Part shown: positions 9,722 through 18,295 of the stretch, piece by piece
How the letters are laid out: each line of letters begins with the position of its first letter
Position numbering within the stretch: position 1 is the stretch's first letter
NCBI GenBank assembly: GCA_964609495.1
Contig: CAZSTA010000006.1
Span: forward strand, 1-41,095
Reading direction: 5' to 3'
DNA: 41,095 nt
From: an uncultured bacterium
Lineage (GTDB): Bacteria > CAZSTA01
Notes under the pieces: model-generated
Told to the model about the DNA's origin: nothing
The model's database searches: none
The model's input: only the letters and a program-made list of their open reading frames with translations
Program-made: the position numbers and the translations under genes

Positions 9722-10276
9722 CTAATCCTCAGTTTTTGCTTTAAACCTCACATTCGATGCGATCCTGGTCACCGATATATTTATTGTATCCACCTCTATA
9801 CCTACATAGCTTCGGATATAATCTCGAATCATAGTCTGGATTTGAACTGAATTCTGCTGAATATCTGTATCGGGATAGACGGAAAGGGTTAAATTAACAT
9901 CGATCTTATCCTTATCGCCTAGAAAGACCTCTGGTTTGATATCGGTTACTCCCTCCAACTTCTGAGTAGCCTTCTTAATCAGGTTCTCCAGAGCGGCTAA
10001 AGTGACGCGAACCTCTCCCAGCTCAGAGGATTGCACCACCGTCAAATTCTGCTTCCCTCGGAAGAAGAAAGCCCCGATCAGATAGATACTACCGATTAGG
10101 AACATAAGGGATATAACTCCGACCAAGAAGCGAGGAAGAAGGGATGATAATCTGTAAAAGATATCCCCTAATTCGACGATCCCCAGAGAAAATAACAACC
10201 CAATTAGAGATATTATAGAAAATAATATTAATACTGCGGCTAGGATTATCCTACCAGCATCTGCCTTCATCTTCAT
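9722..10276 (-). CDS. amaP: Alkaline shock response membrane anchor protein AmaP
   Basis: Two N-terminal TM helices then an Asp23-like domain (SELGEVRVTLAALENL); canonical position between asp23 and nusB. Confidence 0.8.
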   Translation of the reverse strand: MKMKADAGRIILAAVLILFSIISLIGLLFSLGIVELGDIFYRLSSLLPRFLVGVISLMFLIGSIYLIGAFFFRGKQNLTVVQSSELGEVRVTLAALENLIKKATQKLEGVTDIKPEVFLGDKDKIDVNLTLSVYPDTDIQQNSVQIQTMIRDYIRSYVGIEVDTINISVTRIASNVRFKAKTED

Positions 10277-10603
10277 AAGAAATTAGTCGGCGGAAACCCC
10301 TACCTTTGTGGTAGGGGAGGAACCGACCCCACCTCCTCCCCTTTGAACACTAATATAAAGTGTTCCTCCAATTACTCTGGAGTTAGAGCCTCATCGGGGG
10401 GTTAAGAGGGGTTTTTAAGCCTGACAGCACTGTTCCTACCTCACAGAACTGTTTAACCATCGAGCCATAGAGCTGCAAGCTTGAGGAGCACTCGCAGGTA
10501 TGTATGTATCTCACCCTCTTAACTACTGCTAGCAAACACTAGCCCCCTAGTCAACATAGGCTTGATCTCTCAAGCCTCGCCCTTTATGGACGGGGTCATT
10601 GAC
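10277..10603 (-). mobile_element. Non-autonomous IS200/IS605-family (IscB-type) element: omega-RNA plus both ends, no iscB or tnpA ORF
   Basis: Minus strand begins GTCAATGACCCCGTCCATAAAGGGCGAGGCTTG (subterminal hairpin) and ends GTCGGTTCCTCCCCTACCACAAAGGTAGGGGTTTCCGCCGAC (hairpin typical of the end downstream of iscB), followed by ATGAA. The lower boundary is inferred to within a few nt. Confidence 0.8.
10365..10603 (-). ncRNA. omega-RNA / HEARO RNA scaffold
   Basis: Recognisable blocks in order: GTCAA..CCCC; GGCTTG/CAAGCC; GTTGACTAG; GATACATACA.ACC; GAGTGCTCCTCAAGCT; GCTCT; GGTTAAACAGTTCTGTGAGGTAGGAACAGTGC; AAAACC; CCGATGAGG. 3' end approximate. Confidence 0.8.
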
Positions 10604-10639
10604 ACCGATCTTATGCTCTCCATACTCACTTTCAGATAA

Positions 10640-10999
10640 TTACTCCGGCAAACTCTTATCTATATCCTCCTCAGGAAGATGCACTCCCTGGATATAGATG
10701 TTGACTACTACAACTTTTAGATCCGTCATAGCTTCGATCGATTCCTTCACCGCCTCTTGAACTTGCCAAGCAACATTGGGAATCTGATACCCATATTCGA
10801 CGATGAGGAAGAGATCAGCGATAACTTCCCCCTTATCCACCTCTACCTTAACTCCTCGAGTGACAACATTCTTACCGCTCAACATCCCAGCGATACCCTC
10901 AACGATTCCTCCCCCCATCTCCGCTACCCCCTCGATCCCCGCCGAGGCTAGACCAGCCAGAGTAGCGATGGTCTCGTTAGCTATTCTTATCGTTCCCAA
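10640..10999 (-). CDS. Asp23/Gls24 family envelope stress response protein
   Basis: GTIRIANETIATLAG..GIEGV, RGVKVEV, VEYG..IPNVA..VQE.VK..IE.MT.L.V..VNI.IQG. The start may lie slightly upstream. Confidence 0.93.
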   Translation of the reverse strand: MGTIRIANETIATLAGLASAGIEGVAEMGGGIVEGIAGMLSGKNVVTRGVKVEVDKGEVIADLFLIVEYGYQIPNVAWQVQEAVKESIEAMTDLKVVVVNIYIQGVHLPEEDIDKSLPE

Positions 11000-11029
11000 C
11001 TCGTTCTCTATAATAGCAGGCGTTCTACC

Positions 11030-11986
11030 TCACCCCTGAAACTCGAAGGAGAAACCTTTTCCTCCCTTACAGCCTCTCAATTTCTCCAAGAGTCGATTCA
11101 TATCCTCGGGTGGAGGGGCGATGAATTCCAGATATTCTCCGGTAATAGGATGAGTGAATCCTAAACTATAGGCGTGCAAAGCCTGTCTTTCAAAGCCTAA
11201 ATTATCCTTCCGCCGTCCATAGACAGGATCACCGACTAAAGGATGGTGAATATAAGCCAGATGAACACGAATCTGATGGGTACGTCCTGTCTCCAAGCGG
11301 ATATTTAGAAGAGAGTGTCTTCGGAATCGCTCGTTCACCTCGTAATGAGTTACTGCCTCTCTTCCCTTCAGTTCATCCACCGCCATCTTCTTTCTATCCT
11401 TGCGATGGCGACCGATCGGAAGTTCAATAGTTCCCCTCTCCTCCTTAAACACGCCATGGACTAAGGCTAGATATACCTTCTTGACTTCTCGAAGATGAAA
11501 TTGTCGGGCTAAGTCAAGATGCGCCTTATCGGTCTTAGCTACCACTAAAGCCCCAGTAGTATCCTTATCCAACCGATGCACTATACCCAGTCTTAAAACC
11601 CCGTTGATCTGGGAAAGGTGATCACAATACCCCAATAGAGCGTTGACCAAAGTGCCTCTACATATATCCCCCACGGGGTGAACTATCATCCCCGCTCCCT
11701 TATTTATCACGATCAGATCTTCATCCTCATATAGCACCTCAAGAGGGATATCCTCCGCCTCCAGAGAAAGTTCTTTAGGTTCAGGTAAGACAAGTTCGAC
11801 TAATTCGTCGAGCTTAACTTTGTAACTGGGTTTCTCCCTCCTTCCCGAGACCCTTACCGCTCCCTCCGATATCAGCCTCTTAACATAGGAGCGGGATAGA
11901 TCTGGTGGCTGTCCAGCTAAGAATATGTCTAATCTATCGCCCGCGTTCTCCTCGGTAACGATATAATTTAATACCTCATCCATCAC
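11030..11986 (-). CDS. RluA/RluD family 23S rRNA pseudouridine synthase
   Basis: S4 domain, GIVHRLDKDTTG (catalytic Asp), LETGRTHQIRVH, GDPVYG, RQALHA. Confidence 0.96.
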   Translation of the reverse strand: MMDEVLNYIVTEENAGDRLDIFLAGQPPDLSRSYVKRLISEGAVRVSGRREKPSYKVKLDELVELVLPEPKELSLEAEDIPLEVLYEDEDLIVINKGAGMIVHPVGDICRGTLVNALLGYCDHLSQINGVLRLGIVHRLDKDTTGALVVAKTDKAHLDLARQFHLREVKKVYLALVHGVFKEERGTIELPIGRHRKDRKKMAVDELKGREAVTHYEVNERFRRHSLLNIRLETGRTHQIRVHLAYIHHPLVGDPVYGRRKDNLGFERQALHAYSLGFTHPITGEYLEFIAPPPEDMNRLLEKLRGCKGGKGFSFEFQG

Positions 11987-12771
11987 AATCTCAGCCCAGA
12001 AATCACTAAACGAGACCTATAACGCATACCGAACAGCTTGAGCAACCCAAAGCAACCTAAAGCGGTCGCTATACATACTATTTGAGCTAGAGTAAGGGAA
12101 TAAAATATCCTTGGATTGTCTCTATATATCTCCACGATGAACCTCATTATCGAGTAGATAATCCCGAAAAGGAGAAATAGAAATCCATCGTATTTCTTAT
12201 ACTTTCTAGCAAATAATAGTATCCCCAATATTATTAGCGCTCCGAAAGAGGCGTAGAGTTGGGTAGGATGAAGTGGTGATTGGCTTAACCCAGCAGAGGT
12301 ATTGGGAGGAAAGGTTACCCCCCAAGCCACTTCTGTTGGATATCCGTAGCAACAGCCATTTAAGAAGCAACCTATCCTACCTATAGCCAACCCTAAAGCT
12401 ATGCAAGGAGCTGTTATATCAGCTAATTTCCAGAAGGACAGCTTGGAGATAAGGGTATAGATTATACCTCCCAGCACGCCTCCTAACAACGCTCCAAAGA
12501 ACGATAGACCACTTATCCTTTGAGGTTTAAATAGATTCAAAGGTGCCTCGAGAAAGGTATCAGGCTCGTTAGCCAAGGCGTAAATTAGACGAGCAAAGAT
12601 TATCCCTCCGATCAGAATATAAAGCGCTAAGTCTATTATCTGCTCGCTATCAACTCCCTCTCGAGATCCTAAAATTACCGCTAGAACGGTTCCCACTATA
12701 AAGGCTAAAGCCATCGTAACACCATAGGAATATATGGGAAAGGAACCTATCTTAAACAAAATGGGGTGCAT
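11983..12771 (-). CDS. lgt: Prolipoprotein diacylglyceryl transferase
   Basis: MHPILF..G...IYSYG, GRIGCFLNGCCYG, HPTQLY, RFIVE. Confidence 0.96.
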   Translation of the reverse strand: MHPILFKIGSFPIYSYGVTMALAFIVGTVLAVILGSREGVDSEQIIDLALYILIGGIIFARLIYALANEPDTFLEAPLNLFKPQRISGLSFFGALLGGVLGGIIYTLISKLSFWKLADITAPCIALGLAIGRIGCFLNGCCYGYPTEVAWGVTFPPNTSAGLSQSPLHPTQLYASFGALIILGILLFARKYKKYDGFLFLLFGIIYSIMRFIVEIYRDNPRIFYSLTLAQIVCIATALGCFGLLKLFGMRYRSRLVISGLRL

Positions 12772-12775
12772 AAAT

Positions 12776-13252
12776 TTATCTCCTTTCTTCGCCTTGCTCT
12801 TCTAGGTTCTTAGAAGATTCGAACATCGAGATGAATAATAGAATCACAACTCCGCTGACGATCGCGGCATCAGCTAGGTTGAATACTGGCCATATCCCAA
12901 AATCAAAGAAATCAACTACTTTCCCCAGATGTATCCGATCTATTAAATTACCGATTGCCCCTCCGGCTACTAAGGCTAAAGCTGTATAAACCCAGCCGGT
13001 ACTTCGGGGTATATGTCGCCAGTAGAAGAAGATCAGAGCTATGGTCAAGAAACTAACGATGATGAATAACATAGTCTGATTTTGCAGTAATCCGAAAGCC
13101 GCTCCGGAGTTCTCCACATGAGTTATGCGAAAAATCCCCCTTATAATCGGGATAGAAGTATTGAGGGGAATATTAACTCGGATATAAAGCTTACTTAATT
13201 GATCGATAAGTACTATCAGGCTAGTTATCGAAAAGAAGGGCCACATTTTCAT
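12776..13252 (-). CDS. lspA: Signal peptidase II
   Basis: DQLSK, NSGAAFG, GGAIGNLIDR, VVDF, WPVFNLAD. Start moved to ATG 13252, which overlaps the upstream stop (ATGA). Confidence 0.96.
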   Translation of the reverse strand: MKMWPFFSITSLIVLIDQLSKLYIRVNIPLNTSIPIIRGIFRITHVENSGAAFGLLQNQTMLFIIVSFLTIALIFFYWRHIPRSTGWVYTALALVAGGAIGNLIDRIHLGKVVDFFDFGIWPVFNLADAAIVSGVVILLFISMFESSKNLEEQGEERR

Positions 13253-13624
13253 AATTTGTTTTCCTCGACTAACTCCTCGCATTCTATACAATATTGAGCA
13301 TAAGGGATAATCTCCAGACGGGCTAAAGATATCTCCTCTCCACAGCGCTCACAGCTTCCGAAAGCTTCCCCCTCCAATTTAAGTAAGGCGCTGTCTATCT
13401 ATCAAATCCATAATATATCTATCCAGAGAGACATTCATCTCCCTTTCAAAAGTTTCCGTTGATACCTCCGCAGGATGATTATCATACCCAGATAGCTCCC
13501 CTAATGAACTTCTTTGATCCATCCTCTTATCTGGATCGCGGAGAAAGTGATGCTCCTTTATAAGTCTTTCTCGCTCTTTAAGTAAAGCTTTCTTTAACGG
13601 TTTGTACTTATCTTTCACTCTCAT
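13249..13624 (-). pseudogene. TraR/DksA C4 zinc-finger protein (YteA-like), frameshifted
   Basis: First frame has GELSGYDNHPAEVSTETFEREM; after a shift at TTGATAGATAGAC (~13395-13407) another frame reads IDSALLKLEGEAFGSCERCGEEISLARLEIIPYAQYCIECEELVEENKL*. Confidence 0.85.
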
Positions 13625-13665
13625 CTCTCCTTAAACTTAAAGTGGGGCTATTCCTTATTATATCA

Positions 13666-14295
13666 TTATTTTTCTCTCTTGTCCACCCTAATTTTGAGTA
13701 TAGCTAAAAAGAGAAGAATCACTATTCCCGTCAGAGAGATATATAACATCCAAACTAAAACAGAACTAAAGCCTATAAATCCTAGTAAAGATGTAACACC
13801 CCTCGAATATATTACTTTATACACAGCCTGCGTTATATCAATTAAACCGAGAAGTAGGTAGAAAACACCCCTGAAGGTTTGAGAGATAAAGCTGAGCAAG
13901 TTCGGAATTAGATTCCGAGATGCATTAAGAGATCCCCCCGTCTGCTCCATCAAATGGGAAGAGATATTCGTAAGATAAAGGATAAGGGTAAAAGCGACAG
14001 CTAAAGCGCCCCAAGCAAACTCCACCTGCCAGCTCCTTAACTTGGAAAAAAGCCCCTGGCTCCTCCTGTGAGCTGGCAAATTATACATTACTCTATCTGT
14101 AAATCCCCAAGGTGGCTCAACCACCTCTAAATCGGAGATTATAGACACTACTTTCCTCAAGCGAGATAATTTCTGGGCGCATAACGGACAATGTCTCATA
14201 TGTTCCTCAACTTCACTTACCTCTTTCCTCGACAGCTCCTCATCTAGGTATAATTGAATTAATCTATCCATTTCTTGGCAGGTCATTATTATCAC
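13666..14295 (-). CDS. Zinc-finger (zf-HC2) transmembrane anti-sigma factor, RsiW-like
   Basis: C...LIQLYLDEEL...EEHMRHCPLC (HxxxCxxC), TM helices; overlaps the ECF sigma stop. Confidence 0.9.
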   Translation of the reverse strand: MIIMTCQEMDRLIQLYLDEELSRKEVSEVEEHMRHCPLCAQKLSRLRKVVSIISDLEVVEPPWGFTDRVMYNLPAHRRSQGLFSKLRSWQVEFAWGALAVAFTLILYLTNISSHLMEQTGGSLNASRNLIPNLLSFISQTFRGVFYLLLGLIDITQAVYKVIYSRGVTSLLGFIGFSSVLVWMLYISLTGIVILLFLAILKIRVDKREK

Positions 14296-14873
14296 TCCTC
14301 GATCAGGCTCGGCGAAAGTATTGCCAGCTTCTCCTGTAATATTTTGCGCGCTCGATGTAGATGAGTCTTAACCGTCCCCACTGGTTGATCTAATATCTCT
14401 GCTATCTCCTCATAAGATAAGCCCTGGGAATGCCTCATCACTATAACCGCCCTATATTTCTCAGGTAGAGAAGCGATGAGTCTTTGGACCACATCTTGTA
14501 ATTCCTTACTCTCATAAAGATTCTGAGGATCCATAGAGGAGTCAGGGAGTTGCCAGCGGATATTATCCTCCTCAGAGATGGGGTCATCTATGGAGACGGT
14601 ATTTAACTTCTTTTTCCTCAATCTGTCGAAGCAGAGATTAGTGGCGATCTTAAATATCCAAGGGGAGAAGTTCCTTTTCAGATCGAAGGTATCAAGGGAA
14701 CGATAAGCACACAGAAAGGTTTCCTGAGCTACATCGTTAGCATCCTCAACATTCCCTAATATTCGATAAGCTAAGTTGTATATAGGCCTTTTATACTTAT
14801 CCACCAACGCCCTGAAGGTTTCTTTATCGCCATCTAAGGTCTGTTGGACTAACCTTGAATCTTCATCTTCCAC
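14292..14873 (-). CDS. ECF RNA polymerase sigma factor (SigW-like)
   Basis: DANDVAQETF, FSPWIFKIATNLCFD, LPEKYR, GLSYEEIAEIL..PVGTVKTHLHRAR. Confidence 0.95.
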   Translation of the reverse strand: MEDEDSRLVQQTLDGDKETFRALVDKYKRPIYNLAYRILGNVEDANDVAQETFLCAYRSLDTFDLKRNFSPWIFKIATNLCFDRLRKKKLNTVSIDDPISEEDNIRWQLPDSSMDPQNLYESKELQDVVQRLIASLPEKYRAVIVMRHSQGLSYEEIAEILDQPVGTVKTHLHRARKILQEKLAILSPSLIEE

Positions 14874-14942
14874 CTTATAGCCTTCCCCTTCTCTTCAGTA
14901 ATATGAGATTAAAGCCCGTAAAGTTTCTCAATCTTCGACTTA

Positions 14943-14971
14943 ATTTTATTATAAATTCGAACATTTGTCAA
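14943..14971 (-). promoter_or_regulatory. Sigma70-type promoter for the ECF sigma-lspA-lgt operon
   Basis: Minus strand TTGACA-17 nt-TAAAAT. A GAAACTTT element near 14920 may be an autoregulatory ECF -35. Confidence 0.6.
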
Positions 14972-15034
14972 GAATAGAAAAATGGACGATGCATATAAAA
15001 TTGGGAATCTAAGTAATTTCAAACAAGATATGAT

Positions 15035-15137
15035 CCCCCCTCACCCTATCCCTCTCCCACAAGGGGAGAGGGGACACCAGATAAGACTGCTCTCTTTAGT
15101 TCCCCTCCCTCGACGGGAGGGGTTAGGGGAGGGTGAT
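15035..15137. repeat. REP-like GC-rich palindromic doublet, copy 1
   Basis: CCCCTCACCCTATCCCTCTCCCACAAGGGGAGAGGG plus an inverted partner CCCTCCCTCGACGGGAGGGGTTAGGGGAGGGTGA; 43 nt (15036-15078) identical to the reverse complement of 37839-37881. Confidence 0.85.
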
Positions 15138-15220
15138 TTAACTTGAATCTATTTAGATATCAGATCCATGATTTTATATGCTTCCAAATGGAAAAGGGGG
15201 CCATTCACCTCCCTAAGTGG

Positions 15221-16222
15221 TTAAGCAGCTCGGAGGAACTCCGCGGTCTCCTCTGGATAAGCAACATTAATATAGATTCCCGACCCTATCTCGAAACCAG
15301 CTCGAGTAGTTAAACGGGGTAATATCTGTATATGCCAGTGGTAGTGAGGCTCTCCAGCCTCATGATGAGGAGCGGTGCGGATAGTGTAATTATAATCAGG
15401 ATTGTTTAGAGAGCGATATAGCTTAGCTAAAGTCCCTTGAAGAATTTCTGCTAGAGTCTCGATCTCCCTCCCTCCAATATTTCCGAAGGATGATTCGTGT
15501 CGTCTAGGCACAATCCAAGTCTCGAAGGGAGATCGAGAGGCAAACGGCTCGAAAGCTACATAATCCTCGTTCTCCATCACCAATCTATCTTTGCTCTTCA
15601 ATTCGTATCTTAAAATATCACAGTAAACACATTGGCCATTATAATCATAATAGCGAAGCGCTTCCTCCAATCTATGTCGCACATTGGCCGGGACGATCGG
15701 AGTCGCGATCAACTGCGAATGAGAATGAGATAGGGAGGTACCAGCTCGCTTCCCATGATTTCTGAAAATAGTGACCAGCATAAATTTCCTATCTTGATTC
15801 AAAGCTATATAGCGATCCCGATAGGCTAGAATAACCTCCTCTACCTCCCCAACCTCCATAGTCCCGATAGTCTTATTATGTTGAGGAGTCTCAACGATCA
15901 CCTCATGTTTTCCCAATCCATCCATGGTCTGATATACGCCCTGCTTCTTCCTTCGCTCAGATCCAGCAGGCATTAAAGCTGGAAACTTATTAGGGATGAC
16001 CCGCACTCTCCACCCTGGTTTATCAGGCTCGGTTCCCGGCTCTCTATAAGCCAAAACCTCTGGAGGAGTAGCGGACTCATTTCCCTCGCAGAATGGACAA
16101 TTTGCAGAAGTCGTTTCCCTCACTTCCGCCTCTTTTTCGGTGAAATCTTTAGGTCTTTTAGCCCTATCTGTTGCAATTATCACCCATTCCCTGGTGGATA
16201 TATCTTGTCTCAACTGAGACAT
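15221..16222 (-). CDS. galT: Galactose-1-phosphate uridylyltransferase
   Basis: LRQD....EWVIIA..RAKRP, CPFCEGNE, RVIPNKFPAL, G.HEVIVE, AGTSLSHSHSQ (HIT-like), YHWHIQI, AGFEIGSG. Confidence 0.95.
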   Translation of the reverse strand: MSQLRQDISTREWVIIATDRAKRPKDFTEKEAEVRETTSANCPFCEGNESATPPEVLAYREPGTEPDKPGWRVRVIPNKFPALMPAGSERRKKQGVYQTMDGLGKHEVIVETPQHNKTIGTMEVGEVEEVILAYRDRYIALNQDRKFMLVTIFRNHGKRAGTSLSHSHSQLIATPIVPANVRHRLEEALRYYDYNGQCVYCDILRYELKSKDRLVMENEDYVAFEPFASRSPFETWIVPRRHESSFGNIGGREIETLAEILQGTLAKLYRSLNNPDYNYTIRTAPHHEAGEPHYHWHIQILPRLTTRAGFEIGSGIYINVAYPEETAEFLRAA

Positions 16223-16349
16223 AAAATCAACTCCTTCCGATTTAAACTGGCAAGTTCACGCCAAGTTTCTTGTTAAACAAGTAATCACAATCTTAAACTC
16301 CCAACTCCTCACTAGAGCCGATTATCAGACCTTTCGAGATTGCAAGCCA

Positions 16350-17390
16350 TTAACATAGTCCCAATCTATTCACAAGCTCTTCGATTCGAATTAGCATATC
16401 TGCCAGACTCTCTGGTGTTGCCTGCGTCAGATAGAGCGGCCAGTGTAGCAACCGCGTCCATAGCTCCGATCCATAGATCACCCGCCTAATTGAGGTCAGC
16501 GATACCTTTTCCCCAATTACCGCTTCTAAGTTCTCTTGGTAAGTGTGAATCACCGCCCTATAGGGTGGCGTTCCACCTTCGAAACTGGCTCGTTGAAATA
16601 GGAAGGATAAATCCTCTGGACCGCGTGCCAAGCCTACCTCCTGCCAATCTGCCCAGATCAAATTACCACCAGAATCCTCCAACAGATTACCTATATGACA
16701 ATCCCCATGACAAAGCGTTATAGGAAGAGATTTTATAGCCAAATCCACTTCCTCGATACGCTCCAACATCTCTCGAAGCCAACTATGGCGCTGTGGGGTG
16801 AGCACATCTCCAAATCGTCGCTCGTTCATCAAATTTTGCCAATAGCCGTAGGCATTCCGAACGTCCTCTGTATCTACCTTCTGACAACGCCTCCGCAACC
16901 AGGGGAACACGGCTAGGTCATCTGCTCTATCCCAGAATGTAGCATGAAAACGCGCCAGCTGCTGGGCAACCTCGAGGTATCGTGCCTCATCCCACTCTGC
17001 CGGAGGAGGGGTCGGTTGATAGGCTGTCAGTAACAGATAGATAGCTGAAGTATCATCGGTGTAGCTAGAAAGCACTTGAGGAACGCACAGAGGGATGCGC
17101 TCCGCCAATGTCTGGTAGAAAGCCAACTCGCGTTGAGCACGTTGGATTACGTATGATTCGGCATCAGATGTGGTCGCCTTCAGAACAACCTCTATGTGTT
17201 TGCTAATTGTCTCACCTTTGGGAATCAGAGCGATACGCCAAGTATGGCTTCCAGAGATACCTCCTCGAAGCAATTTACATCTGATAATCTGATCATAGTC
17301 CATATTTAGTTTAGCGAGGCAACTCTTTATAAACCTAAGCTTTTCATCCTCCGATGCTTGATCCTGGGTCATCTCCCCCTCCCAATTCAA
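16350..17390 (-). CDS. Aminoglycoside phosphotransferase / choline kinase-like protein
   Basis: VVLK, RELAFY, LARFHA, TLCHGDCHIGN, DWQ, GPEDL. Confidence 0.85.
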   Translation of the reverse strand: MNWEGEMTQDQASEDEKLRFIKSCLAKLNMDYDQIIRCKLLRGGISGSHTWRIALIPKGETISKHIEVVLKATTSDAESYVIQRAQRELAFYQTLAERIPLCVPQVLSSYTDDTSAIYLLLTAYQPTPPPAEWDEARYLEVAQQLARFHATFWDRADDLAVFPWLRRRCQKVDTEDVRNAYGYWQNLMNERRFGDVLTPQRHSWLREMLERIEEVDLAIKSLPITLCHGDCHIGNLLEDSGGNLIWADWQEVGLARGPEDLSFLFQRASFEGGTPPYRAVIHTYQENLEAVIGEKVSLTSIRRVIYGSELWTRLLHWPLYLTQATPESLADMLIRIEELVNRLGLC

Positions 17391-17962
17391 TCGAGAAAAT
17401 AATACCAGAAAATAGCAGTCTCTTGCCTCTCAATATCCGTCCCCACATAGTAATATGGATCAATTCCACCTATAACAAATCCGAATTTCTGATAAAATCG
17501 ACAAGCGGCTATGTTACAGGTTTGAGTCTCCAGATAGATAGCCTTTAGCCCTTTCTCGCGACTCCACTCAACTGCTTTTCGCATCAAGGTATGACCAATC
17601 CCCATCCTTCGTGCAGTTCGGTCAACATATATACCCCATATAACAGAGACCCCCCGCCAATCCGAGAGCGCAACGTGTAGGTAACCTGCTACCTGTCCCT
17701 CTACCTCCGCTACTAAAGCAAGTTCATCCTGAGAGTTTATCGCTCTATACAGCCCTGCTTCTCCTTTATCATCGATTCCATAGTCGCGTTTGACAAAAGG
17801 AATATCAAAACTTTTCTCTGTTAATATATATTCGCGATTAAAACCTTCTCCTTCCTCATGCCAATCCAAATAGGATTCCGATTCGTAATTGGCATCAATC
17901 GATTTCAATGAAGGTATATCTCCCTCAGTCATTTGACGGATTTCTATAACTCGTGGTAACAT
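17387..17962 (-). CDS. GNAT N-acetyltransferase (streptothricin acetyltransferase-like)
   Basis: IYVDRTARRMGIG, LETQTCNIAACRFYQKFGFVIGGID..YY...ETAIFWY. Confidence 0.85.
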   Translation of the reverse strand: MLPRVIEIRQMTEGDIPSLKSIDANYESESYLDWHEEGEGFNREYILTEKSFDIPFVKRDYGIDDKGEAGLYRAINSQDELALVAEVEGQVAGYLHVALSDWRGVSVIWGIYVDRTARRMGIGHTLMRKAVEWSREKGLKAIYLETQTCNIAACRFYQKFGFVIGGIDPYYYVGTDIERQETAIFWYYFLD

Positions 17963-18200
17963 AGATTCTTCTCCCTCTCCGTTTTACTATTTATCGCTGG
18001 AAAGTTGATAAAACTTTCGGAAAGCTAATTAATACGCTAAGTATATCAGAGATTCCTAATATTGTAAATAATTAAGACATCTTTACTAATCATACAGATT
18101 TTAGCTATCAAAGTCAAGATATTTTTCTTCTCTATTCTACGTATATCTCTTACGAATACTTTACAAAGCTTTAGTAATGAGACTTTTAATAAAGTTTATA

Positions 18201-18229
18201 TTGACAATTTACCTCCCCTATGATATACT
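18201..18229 (+). promoter_or_regulatory. Sigma70 promoter of the toxin-antitoxin operon
   Basis: TTGACA-17 nt-TATACT. Confidence 0.65.
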
Positions 18230-18295
18230 GAGATTAAGGTTAGTAGCAAGAGTTTCCAATAAGTTACAATGCTTTCATCTTAATGGGGGGATTGA

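Noticed and set aside
11030-11032. TGA recoding (selenocysteine or alternative genetic code) fusing the RluA-family gene and asp23
   Set aside because: Other genes in the window end normally at TGA, the position is not a catalytic Cys site, and no SECIS-like hairpin is evident.
13253-13291. N-terminal extension of lspA in the ORF track
   Set aside because: Overlaps the zinc-finger coding frame of the DksA-like gene; ATG 13252 fits better.
14957-14971. LexA-like site TTGACAAATGTTCG overlapping the ECF sigma -35
   Set aside because: Only one arm matches the consensus; the other is explained by the -35 hexamer.
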